Of a stretch of 64,000 nt of DNA, positions 9,399 to 17,494 are shown one piece after another. Position 1 is the first letter of the stretch, and each line of letters opens with the position of its first letter. A model generated the notes under the pieces. That model ran no database searches. It saw only the letters and a list, made by a program, of their open reading frames with translations, and was not told where the DNA came from. This DNA comes from an uncultured Chitinophagaceae bacterium. GTDB lineage: Bacteria > Bacteroidota > Bacteroidia > Chitinophagales > Chitinophagaceae. The stretch lies in contig CAVZYY010000005.1 in the NCBI GenBank assembly GCA_963779595.1, positions 636,640 to 700,639 on the forward strand, written 5' to 3'. A program made the position numbers and the translations under genes.

Positions 9399-10563
9399 GT
9401 GAAAGTTCTGAATCTTATAGTTGTTCTTTTATTCCTTGTCTCTTCCTGCCAGAAAGAATTGCATTTCCCGGAGGAGGAACCAATCATTACTCCGCCAGGC
9501 AACGCAGTATATAGCCTGGTCGACTGCAGCTCCATCGTTGTTGCCGGTAATTATGTGCAGGGAACTGCGATCAATGCTTCAAATACCGTAACCATCTCCG
9601 TGGATGTTGACAGCATCGGCGATTATACCATCAGCACAAATAATAATGGGATCACATTTTCTGCCCTCGGGAGTTTTTACCACAACGGGAATACAAACGA
9701 TCATATTAAAAGCAACCGGTACGATCATAGCAGATGGTGTATTTGATTATGATTTGACCGAACCGGGTGGAACCAGCTGTAGTTTTTCAGTAACATTCCT
9801 TCCGCCTCCGACCGTGAATGCAGTATATACCGTTGGAGGAGCCAGTGGTGTTTGCACCGGTGCTGTATTGAATGGCACATATACACCCGGGATACCGATG
9901 GACGCGTCCAATACCCTGACCATTGAAGTGATCGTCTCAACCCCCGGGTTTTATTCGATGAATTCGGGTGTTGCAAATGGTATTTCATTCAGCGGCTCGG
10001 GAATATTATCTACGACCGGTTTGCATACCATTACGCTGACTGCAAGCGGCACCCCCATTTTTGCAGAGGTGTATGATTATAGTTTTTCATCTTCCACCAG
10101 CGCCTGCGGGTATCTTGTTGAATTCGGCTCCAATTATTTATCTGCTTCCTTTAACGGCACTGTGGTGAAAACATTCAACGACAATGTTACTGCCGTGTTG
10201 AATGTCGCCGGGGGTGTTACCAAACTCACGGTAACGGGCAACGATCTTTCTGCCGGTACCGAAGAATTGCAGATCCAGCTGCAGGTAACCGGAACGATCA
10301 ACCCCGGTTTTTATACGATCAACCAGGCTGCAGCGGGCACCGTCCTCAGTTTTTCATATACAGATGCCAATGGAATTATGTGGGGCAATACATCCGATAT
10401 CAGTACAACCCAGCAGCCGCTCTCCGGGATCCAGGTCGAAACTATAACAACGGGTGTTGGGGGCAGGGTGCGTGCCCGGGTATTTGCCAGTCTAAAGGAA
10501 AATGGTATTGGGCCTGCGACAAAGAGTATTGTTTATGGGGATTTTAATTTGCCGTTGCATTAG
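9399..10563 (+). CDS. Lipoprotein with two repeated beta-rich domains, split by a +1 frameshift (ORFs 9399..9746 and 9604..10563)
   Basis: Lipobox VSSC; repeat unit GxY..G..M/I.ASNT..I.V.V...G.Y......NGI.FS.SG; removing one C at 9664-9666 gives FSASGVFTTTG, matching the second repeat FSGSGILSTTG. Confidence 0.75.
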
Positions 10564-10574
10564 GCGTTACTATA

Positions 10575-10882
10575 TTATTTTTACGTTCTTTTTTGCTTGT
10601 CCAAAAAAGAACCAAAAAAAGACCCCGCCAATCGATTACATCCCGATTGGCGGTTGCAGCTATGTGGTACTGCTGTGCAAAGTAAACTGTGAAGCGGCAA
10701 CTAGATTCAACTGTTCTAACTATGGTTCTTTTCGTTTCTCAGCAACGTCTCCGGTACGGGACGTTGCGTGATTTATTCCAGGCAACGCAACGTCCTCTCC
10801 GAGAGACGTCGCTAAGAAGTAAGGGAATAATCCGTGTAAATCCGTTTAATCCGTGTCATCCGTGTTTCTATCATCCGCGTTT
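10575..10882 (+). repeat. Modular intergenic repeat block 5 (empty B, C, D)
   Basis: B start identical to block 3 (10585-10660); module C 10739-10820; aatccgtgt array 10829-10882. Confidence 0.9.
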
Positions 10883-10885
10883 CCA

Positions 10886-11113
10886 GGTTGCATAAAAATT
10901 CAAAACAACATTTTATGCAACCACTCTGGTTGCGCTTTTGGTTGCGGGAAAAATTTATGCAACCAATCGTGCATAAAAAATTCCGGTCAACTATACCATT
11001 CACATATGCCAGCGGAATTTCACGTCTTCCCGCCTTCCCGGCCCACACTACCGTCAACGGACAAAAGCTGCAAAAAGCGGCAAAAACCGGACAAAACCGG
11101 ACAAAACATGACA
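10886..11113. promoter_or_regulatory. Clustered ggttgcataaaa/ttttatgcaacc sites and 10-bp-period repeats upstream of the XRE gene
   Basis: Several (g)gttgc/tgcataaaa copies in both orientations 10886-10982; cggacaaaag ctgcaaaaag cggcaaaaac cggacaaaac cggacaaaac 11058-11107. Confidence 0.45.
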
Positions 11114-11192
11114 GCCCATTTGGAAAAAATAATGGCGTGTATTTATTTTGTTCAACAATCGCCTTAAACGATAAGGCATAAACGTAAAGAAG

Positions 11193-11711
11193 ATGCAGGA
11201 CCTGCTCAACATAAGAACGATCACCGGCATGGCACAGGAAAATATGGCCGCATTCCTGGGGCTGACCAGGCAGGCGCTGGGAAAAGTGGAAAGTGGCTTA
11301 TGCCGCCTTGGCACCGGTAACCTGCTGAAGATTGCCCGCCTGCAATCGTGCCTGGAAAATTTACCAGCCGGTAACGTTGCAGGACAAATGCCTGGGCAAC
11401 CGGTTCAACCGGGGCAAGAGATCGAACGGGAAAAGGAATGCAGGTACCAGGTCGTCGTACTGCAAAGAAGACTCGACATGCGGGAAGCCGCTTTCAGAAA
11501 ATCCATGCATTTTTACGAAGCACTCAGTATACTGCAGCCGCTGGATGAAGGCGATACCCTCTGGATACAAAAAATGAAAAAAGACATTATCAATAAGCTT
11601 GACCATTGCGGGCCCGCAGCCTGCATGCCATTGAGAAAGCGCATATACCTGCTTACTGCGGAAGCAGATTATATCAATAGGTTCGTTAACGAACAGAAGA
11701 TCCACCTATGA
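11193..11711 (+). CDS. XRE-family HTH domain protein
   Basis: IRTITGMAQENMAAFLGLTRQALGKVESG. Confidence 0.75.
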   Translation: MQDLLNIRTITGMAQENMAAFLGLTRQALGKVESGLCRLGTGNLLKIARLQSCLENLPAGNVAGQMPGQPVQPGQEIEREKECRYQVVVLQRRLDMREAAFRKSMHFYEALSILQPLDEGDTLWIQKMKKDIINKLDHCGPAACMPLRKRIYLLTAEADYINRFVNEQKIHL

Positions 11712-11744
11712 AACCATTTTTTTTCACATCTAAAATTCCATAAA

Positions 11745-12164
11745 ATGGATTATACATTAACCGATATCACAACCGTAGCGGATTGTGATGCCCTGCTCCA
11801 GGCAGCTGACACAGATCAGCAGGAGCTCAATTTCAAAAAAATACAACAGACAAGAGCATACGGGATCACGAGTTCCGGTTCAGCCGGGGTGGATGCACAG
11901 CTTGCAGCCACCATCGCGGAGATCACCGGTTTGGAAACAGCCGTGGCCGGTATGCCGGAAGGGCCGTCGAAGCAGGACCTGGTAGACAGGCTGGCGGACC
12001 TGCAACACAAAAAATACCTGCTTGAAAAGCGCAGGCGCAGGTACGGCAGCCTGGCAATGATCCAAAAGCAGTATGCTATCACCGGCACCGAGAAACTCCT
12101 GGCCGAGAACGCCAGCTATATAGATGCAGTGGAGCAGCGAAAGGCTGAACTGCCTAAACCATAG
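11745..12164 (+). CDS. Hypothetical helical/coiled-coil protein
   Basis: 139 aa, 33 bp after the XRE gene, followed by a terminator. Confidence 0.75.
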   Translation: MDYTLTDITTVADCDALLQAADTDQQELNFKKIQQTRAYGITSSGSAGVDAQLAATIAEITGLETAVAGMPEGPSKQDLVDRLADLQHKKYLLEKRRRRYGSLAMIQKQYAITGTEKLLAENASYIDAVEQRKAELPKP

Positions 12165-12195
12165 TGAGATACAGTGAAACTGTAATAGTTCATAT

Positions 12196-12226
12196 AAAAG
12201 GCCCCGCCATTTGGCGGGGCTTTTTT
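12196..12226 (+). terminator. Intrinsic terminator
   Basis: gccccgcca-tt-tggcggggc-tttttt. Confidence 0.85.
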
Positions 12227-12246
12227 GTAGCCCAATTAGTCCGCCA

Positions 12247-12565
12247 ATTAGAATGTCACCCTGAGCTTGTCGAAGGGCTGATGAAGGGTTATCAAAAGCC
12301 ATTTCTTTCTCAGCAACGTCTCCGGTACGGGACGTTGCGTTATTTATTTCGGGCAACGCAACGTCCTCTTCGAGAGACATTGCTAAGAAGTAAGAGAATG
12401 TCACCCCATACTACTCATTAGAATGTCACCCTGAGCCTGTCGAAGGGCTGATGAAGGGTTATCGAAAGCCATTTCTTTCTCAGCAACGTCTCCGGTACGG
12501 GACGTTGCGTTATTCATTTCAGGCAACGCAACGCCCTCTTCGAGAGACATTGCTAAGAAGTAAGA
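12247..12565 (+). repeat. 170-bp tandem duplication of REP-like module E plus module C
   Basis: gaatgtcaccctgagc(t/c)tgtcgaagggctgatgaagggttatc at 12251 and 12421; each followed by module C; truncated gaatgtcaccc at 12396. Confidence 0.9.
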
Positions 12566-12588
12566 CCGGAGCACTGGGGTTAACAAAA

Positions 12589-12611
12589 TAAAAAAGGGGC
12601 CGCGAGGCCCC
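12589..12611 (-). terminator. Intrinsic terminator for 12636..12830
   Basis: ggggcc-gcga-ggcccc preceded on + by an A run. Confidence 0.7.
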
Positions 12612-12635
12612 AATCAATTTAATTATCTATAAATA

Positions 12636-12830
12636 TTAATTCATCACTGTAAGTACATCTTCCCGTTTTATCCCGGTATACGTGCAAAACTCGTCAACGG
12701 TGATGAACGAGTTTGCCGGTTTGTTGAAAGCCGTCCTGATCTTTGCGATGATCCTCCGGGCGGTTCTTTCACACCTGCCTGTGATCACCTGTATTTCCTT
12801 TGCACAGATGATCATTCTATGGTTTTTCAT
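12636..12830 (-). CDS. Small HTH-like DNA-binding protein (widespread Bacteroidota family)
   Basis: ICAKEIQVITGRCERTARRIIAKIR...FITVDEFCTYTGI; has its own terminator. Confidence 0.75.
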   Translation of the reverse strand: MKNHRMIICAKEIQVITGRCERTARRIIAKIRTAFNKPANSFITVDEFCTYTGIKREDVLTVMN

Positions 12831-13156
12831 ATTTGCTGGGGTTTGCCAGCCTCATCAGCGGTCTTTGCGAAAAGGCCGGCGGGTGAGAAATTTTTATGGG
12901 TGCAAATTTGGGGAATTATTTTAATATTTCAAATAGGCGGGAGGGAAGGGAAGGTAAAACAGTGGGTTTTAATACGGGCTGTAGGATTTTTTTGACAGAA
13001 TTTTGAGAGAGTGGACTACATAGAGCGGGTGCCACAATGATTTAAAATGTAGATTTATTTAGGCCGATCTTATTCCAAAAGCTTAAAAACAAATTGCAAT
13101 TTGTGGATTGCGTATATTTAATTGTTAGCTGCAATGCAAACGAAACTCTTTGTTTT

Positions 13157-14368
13157 ATGAAGGGGCAAGAACTGAAAATTTTGTTCAAAGAAGACATGGC
13201 TTTCCTAACAGAGGAAGTAGCTTTAGATTTCACGCAGGTTCAAATCTCTGAAAGCCCTGTCAAATTCAAAACCGCTGCTTTTTGGACAATTCGTGTAATC
13301 AACTACATAGAAAATGAAAAGAGGTTGTTTGTTGAAGTATTAGCCTATCAAGTTGGAGAAACTGAGTTTTCACACACTCAAAATAAATTAGCAGACAAAC
13401 TCATAGAGATTGAGAAAGTAACATTCAAAAGCATTAGTACTTCTGGTTTACTAGGAACGTTGGGTAGCACTCAACCAATAAAATTTTTGCCGTCTAAACC
13501 AGAGTTTGTATTTAGAAAAGAAGCATCAAGAGAGCCAATCAAGAATATATACAATGAACCATTCACGATTTTAATTAAGGATATATCTTTTCTTTCTGGG
13601 CGTGTTTCTTTTGAAAAAAAGATACAGCAGTTTAAAAAATCAATAAGCTTTGAAATCTTGAACGAGAATATCATTGAGGAATATGATGCAATTAAGAATT
13701 ATTTTGGAAACGTGCTAAAGATAAAAAGAATTCAAGTTATTCCAAGTATAACAACACTTGACGATACAATTACTTCAGTAACTGCAACATCTATCGAAAT
13801 TGAAAAAATAGATAAATCGTTAATTGAAGAAGTTAAATTTGAAATTGTGAAAGTCGCGAGAAACAAAGAACTAACAAGTGATAGGCAATTATTTACGGAA
13901 GACGAATACCTTGAAACTTTTGTTGATAATCAGCTTACCGTAAAGAAAATCTTCAAGGGCGATGATGATTTGTTTAATAATTTACTAGAAAAATCTGAAA
14001 CAAAACATTATAATCATTTAAGATTTCTATCAAGTAAACATAAGTCTGACCTACAAAAACTTCGTCTTGTTCATAGGCCATTTTCATTTGTTTTTCTCTT
14101 AGACAGTAGTGACAAACTTTATGTGGTTTGGGAAACACTTGACACACAAGAAGCTACCTACTTATGGACTTTTACTACTGACGTAAACAATTCAAAGCAA
14201 GTTTTAGAGCGAGCAGGAAAGACTATTAGTTTAATTATAAAAGAAGGAAAAAATGAGTACATAAGTAGAAATGAAGAAAATTTTATCAGAATTTTCCACG
14301 ACTATATAGACTTGCAAAATGGATTTAAAAACTGGAAAGCAGAAATCGAAAAAGCAATATCGACGTAG
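13157..14368 (+). CDS. Hypothetical protein; C-terminal half recalls the C-terminal domain of Bacteroidota DEAD/DEAH helicases, no helicase motifs present
   Basis: ORF 13094..14368, likely start ATG 13157; HYNHLRFLSSKH..KLRLVHRPFSFVFLL..VWETLDTQEATYLW..RIFHDY..GFKNWK. Confidence 0.6.
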   Translation: MKGQELKILFKEDMAFLTEEVALDFTQVQISESPVKFKTAAFWTIRVINYIENEKRLFVEVLAYQVGETEFSHTQNKLADKLIEIEKVTFKSISTSGLLGTLGSTQPIKFLPSKPEFVFRKEASREPIKNIYNEPFTILIKDISFLSGRVSFEKKIQQFKKSISFEILNENIIEEYDAIKNYFGNVLKIKRIQVIPSITTLDDTITSVTATSIEIEKIDKSLIEEVKFEIVKVARNKELTSDRQLFTEDEYLETFVDNQLTVKKIFKGDDDLFNNLLEKSETKHYNHLRFLSSKHKSDLQKLRLVHRPFSFVFLLDSSDKLYVVWETLDTQEATYLWTFTTDVNNSKQVLERAGKTISLIIKEGKNEYISRNEENFIRIFHDYIDLQNGFKNWKAEIEKAIST

Positions 14369-14451
14369 TATCTAAAAACACTGCAGCCAACAGCACTGTT
14401 GCAATTCGCCATTTGAGAAATATTATCGGTCGCAGACCTGCAATCTTGTGG

Positions 14452-14484
14452 TGACCCAAGTGTTCCTCAGGAACACTTGGGTCA
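14452..14484. repeat. Perfect palindrome
   Basis: tgacccaagtgttcct-c-aggaacacttgggtca (16-bp arms); shares caagtgttcc with module A. Confidence 0.75.
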
Positions 14485-14574
14485 GTGGGGATACAAAGTT
14501 AATTATACTGAGATCATCCTATCCAAAAGACACCTGCCGTCTTATTGTTATTATCTTTGCTGGAAGTAATTATT

Positions 14575-15429
14575 ATGAGATTTAAGGCGAAAATTATCAA
14601 ATGCAAGACGGGCAAGGAAGAGGAACCTGATGACAACTATCAGGTTTTTGATTTTTCCAAGAAGCAAATTCTTTTTACAGAGAGACAATCCAGTGGTACA
14701 TACTGGCTGGATTCTGCATTTCAATATTCATTTTTTGATGAATCTCCTTATCTGATTAGTAAGGAATTTGATTCACATAAGGAAAAAGATAGATGGTCAG
14801 TCCAATTTACTTCGGGAAGTTCTTTTATTGAGATGAACTTGTGGAATACTTTTAAGATGAAATGGATTCATAAGAAATGGTGGATTCAAAAGGAAGCAAC
14901 AATGGATAAAATGTATGGAGGTCTTATTGGTATTATAGTAACCTTCTTAGTTGGACTTATCACAGGTTTTTTTTCGATAGGTAAAAAGGATAAACAGGAT
15001 AGTCTTATTGCGCAGGTGATAACTATCGATACGATACATAAACCGCTCACGCTTACCAAAGATCAACAACTCCTACTGGATAGCATTGAATGGAACAGGA
15101 AACTTGATTCAGCTAAAGCTATCAACCCATATCACATCCCTGATGAATACATAAATAATCTTGACTTAAGATTATCCTTCCGTTCTCAAGAGGGTGATCT
15201 TGGATATTTGCAAGCAATGATAATAAAAAATAAAAAATTTGGCAACACTTATAATCCTGTTGATAGTTCTAACATCATAGCTTATGATGTACCAATATAT
15301 TTACCAATAGGCACCTACAAAATCGATGTAAAGACACGAGAATACAAATCTGCTTATTACGAGGTTGTCGTAAACGAACAAAACATTAATTCAAAAATTT
15401 CTGCTAATTTATTCCTTATAAAAAAATAA
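14575..15429 (+). CDS. Hypothetical single-pass membrane protein
   Basis: TM GGLIGIIVTFLVGLITGFFSIG; TATCTTTG -7 box at 14552-14559 favours ATG 14575 over 14545. Confidence 0.65.
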   Translation: MRFKAKIIKCKTGKEEEPDDNYQVFDFSKKQILFTERQSSGTYWLDSAFQYSFFDESPYLISKEFDSHKEKDRWSVQFTSGSSFIEMNLWNTFKMKWIHKKWWIQKEATMDKMYGGLIGIIVTFLVGLITGFFSIGKKDKQDSLIAQVITIDTIHKPLTLTKDQQLLLDSIEWNRKLDSAKAINPYHIPDEYINNLDLRLSFRSQEGDLGYLQAMIIKNKKFGNTYNPVDSSNIIAYDVPIYLPIGTYKIDVKTREYKSAYYEVVVNEQNINSKISANLFLIKK

Positions 15430-15436
15430 ACCCATC

Positions 15437-15530
15437 TTGCGCAAGTGTTCCCGGTTATACCGAAAATTATATTTAATGATGTTCATTGGCATCACTTGAT
15501 GCCTGTTTAAGTTTGCCAGTCTTCGACTGG
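15437..15530 (+). repeat. Isolated module A copy inside the island
   Basis: gcgcaagtgttcccggtta...catcacttgatgcc..taagtttgccagtcttcgactgg, like 6509 and 8941. Confidence 0.8.
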
Positions 15531-15683
15531 ATTTTATACCGGGTTGCCTGGTCTATCTTTTTATTACCAAATACAATTTATCAAACCTGGCGAAATTGGT
15601 GAAGGAATCAATGCCGGCTTTGGGTGACATAGTTAATCCTCTTGAGTAGCCCAAAGAAAATTAAGAATAGTATTACTATTTGG

Positions 15684-15691
15684 TAAATTTG
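15684..15691 (+). promoter_or_regulatory. Bacteroidota sigma70 -7 box for the PIN-like gene
   Basis: TAAATTTG fits TAnnTTTG, 17 bp before ATG 15709. Confidence 0.55.
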
Positions 15692-15708
15692 TAGTCACAA
15701 ATGCAAAC

Positions 15709-17118
15709 ATGATTAAAGTCTATCTCGATTGGAATGTAATGACGCAATTAAAAAATGGCGGCCATAAAGAATTAGAAGGAATATTATGCAATAAAGAACG
15801 GTTTCTTACCCCTTTTTCAACTGCTCATATTGGCGATATATTTTCGAGCTTTGACGGAAGTGAAAAACAACAGGAATACATCAATTCTGACCTTGAATTT
15901 ATAAGTAAACTAACTGAGGAAAGATGCTTGCATATTCAAGGTGAAAAAGTTATAATTGACTATTACCCTCCAAAAGAATTATTTGAGCAGAGAATTGATA
16001 GCGGGGAGTTGATGAAGAACCTTTCCATCGGAGGATTTTCTTCTTTATTTGAAGGCCTGGGTATTCCAGAGGAAATTTTAGGATCATATAAAGATTTGCT
16101 GAAATCAATTCCGGTGCAATCTATTATGCAGGATACATTAAATGATCCTGAAAAAGCTGAACAGACTGAAAAGTTATTTCCTGGTTTAAAAGATGATCCA
16201 ACATTTGAGGGAATGCTTAATGGTGTTATCAAAATGATGAATGGATTGAATGAGGATGAGAGTTATAAAGATTTAAGACAAACTGTACAATCCGGATTTA
16301 ACATTGAAAGAGATAAAATATTTGATTCGAAAGATCCATATGAGATAATTAATAGGGAATATGAGAAAGCAGGCGTAACCCGACCTGACAAGTTGAGGAA
16401 TTCAAAACAAGGACCTAAATGGTACAATGAAATATGTGACGAGTATATTCAACTTGATATGCATGGGTATCAGGAAGACAAAGTAAATACCCAAAAGGGG
16501 AGGAAAGAAACTTTTAAAAATACGACCGAAGATGCTTTTCATTGTGCCTTTGCATCGTCGTGCAACTTCTATGTAACGAATGATAATAAAACATATAAAA
16601 AAGCAAAAAAGGTCTATGAAAAGCTGGGTCTGCAAACAGTTGTTTTAAAACCTGATGAGTTCGTTGAATATTTTAAAAACTACCTGGACCTAAAGAATGA
16701 TAAGGCAAATTTCCATTTGATAAATAAAGTGCTAGATAGTTTTAAGTATTATGAAGAGGACATTACTTCTTCGAAATTGCGGATATATCTTATACCATAT
16801 TTCTTATTTGACTTCTTCAATAAAATCATGGTAATTTTAATTAATGAAGATAAAATAGAGTCAATAATTTTAAGTAGGAATAACCCAACCCACAACTTTG
16901 TGTTACGTATTGAAATAAGAAAGCTTCTTTCCAGATTGGATATGAGTTTTGGCACGAACATAGAGAATTTGAGCGAATTAGGAGATAATGAATTGAACGA
17001 TGACCAATGGAAAGAGAGAAAGTGGAATAATGACAATCTTAAATTGACGTTAAGAAGAGTGAATGACCATTTTCAGCTTTATTTAAATTTTACGGAAGAG
17101 AATGCACCAGCGGAGTAA
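15709..17118 (+). CDS. PIN-like domain protein (putative ribonuclease)
   Basis: KVYLDWNV (first Asp), FSTAHIGDI, EDAFHCAFASSCNFYVTND (last acidic residues), with a long insertion and C-terminal extension. Confidence 0.65.
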   Translation: MIKVYLDWNVMTQLKNGGHKELEGILCNKERFLTPFSTAHIGDIFSSFDGSEKQQEYINSDLEFISKLTEERCLHIQGEKVIIDYYPPKELFEQRIDSGELMKNLSIGGFSSLFEGLGIPEEILGSYKDLLKSIPVQSIMQDTLNDPEKAEQTEKLFPGLKDDPTFEGMLNGVIKMMNGLNEDESYKDLRQTVQSGFNIERDKIFDSKDPYEIINREYEKAGVTRPDKLRNSKQGPKWYNEICDEYIQLDMHGYQEDKVNTQKGRKETFKNTTEDAFHCAFASSCNFYVTNDNKTYKKAKKVYEKLGLQTVVLKPDEFVEYFKNYLDLKNDKANFHLINKVLDSFKYYEEDITSSKLRIYLIPYFLFDFFNKIMVILINEDKIESIILSRNNPTHNFVLRIEIRKLLSRLDMSFGTNIENLSELGDNELNDDQWKERKWNNDNLKLTLRRVNDHFQLYLNFTEENAPAE

Positions 17119-17143
17119 TAGACAGAACAACTGCTAACCGAAA

Positions 17144-17494
17144 TTATTTTTTCTTCTTTTTTAAAAAAAATTTCTTTTTCTTTTTTTGATCTGATTTTCT
17201 ACCAGATTCAATTTCTGATTTACTCCAACCTCTTGAAAATTTGACGCCATTATTAACAATCCAATAGTGAGATTGGCATTTAAAACTCCAATTTCCAATA
17301 GACGGCGATAAAGAAATTGTTTCGCCATTAAATGAAAGTTGCCAATCAGTTGGTGAAATCGGGGTAACCACTTCATTTCCACACCCACACACGCACTTAT
17401 GTATTGCTGTGCAATATTCTAAAGAGATGTACAAAAAGCCATCCTCTAAAGTTTCTGGAATAAACTCAACAAATTTATGTTGTAAGGTCTTCAT
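17144..17494 (-). CDS. DUF6527-type Cys/His protein
   Basis: FVEFIPETLEDGFLYIS, HKCVCGCGNEVVTP, SLSPSIGNWSFKCQSHYWI; overlaps E1 gene by 20 nt; poly-Lys tail. Confidence 0.8.
   Translation of the reverse strand: MKTLQHKFVEFIPETLEDGFLYISLEYCTAIHKCVCGCGNEVVTPISPTDWQLSFNGETISLSPSIGNWSFKCQSHYWIVNNGVKFSRGWSKSEIESGRKSDQKKKKKFFLKKKKK

Noticed and set aside
3309-12613. Short ORFs with similar peptides (3309..3695, 6553..6762, 6624..6830, 7226..7513, 7420..7677, 10502..10895, 12164..12421, 12401..12613; also 23737..24027)
   Set aside because: They are translations of the non-coding repeats; frames, starts and stops differ between copies.
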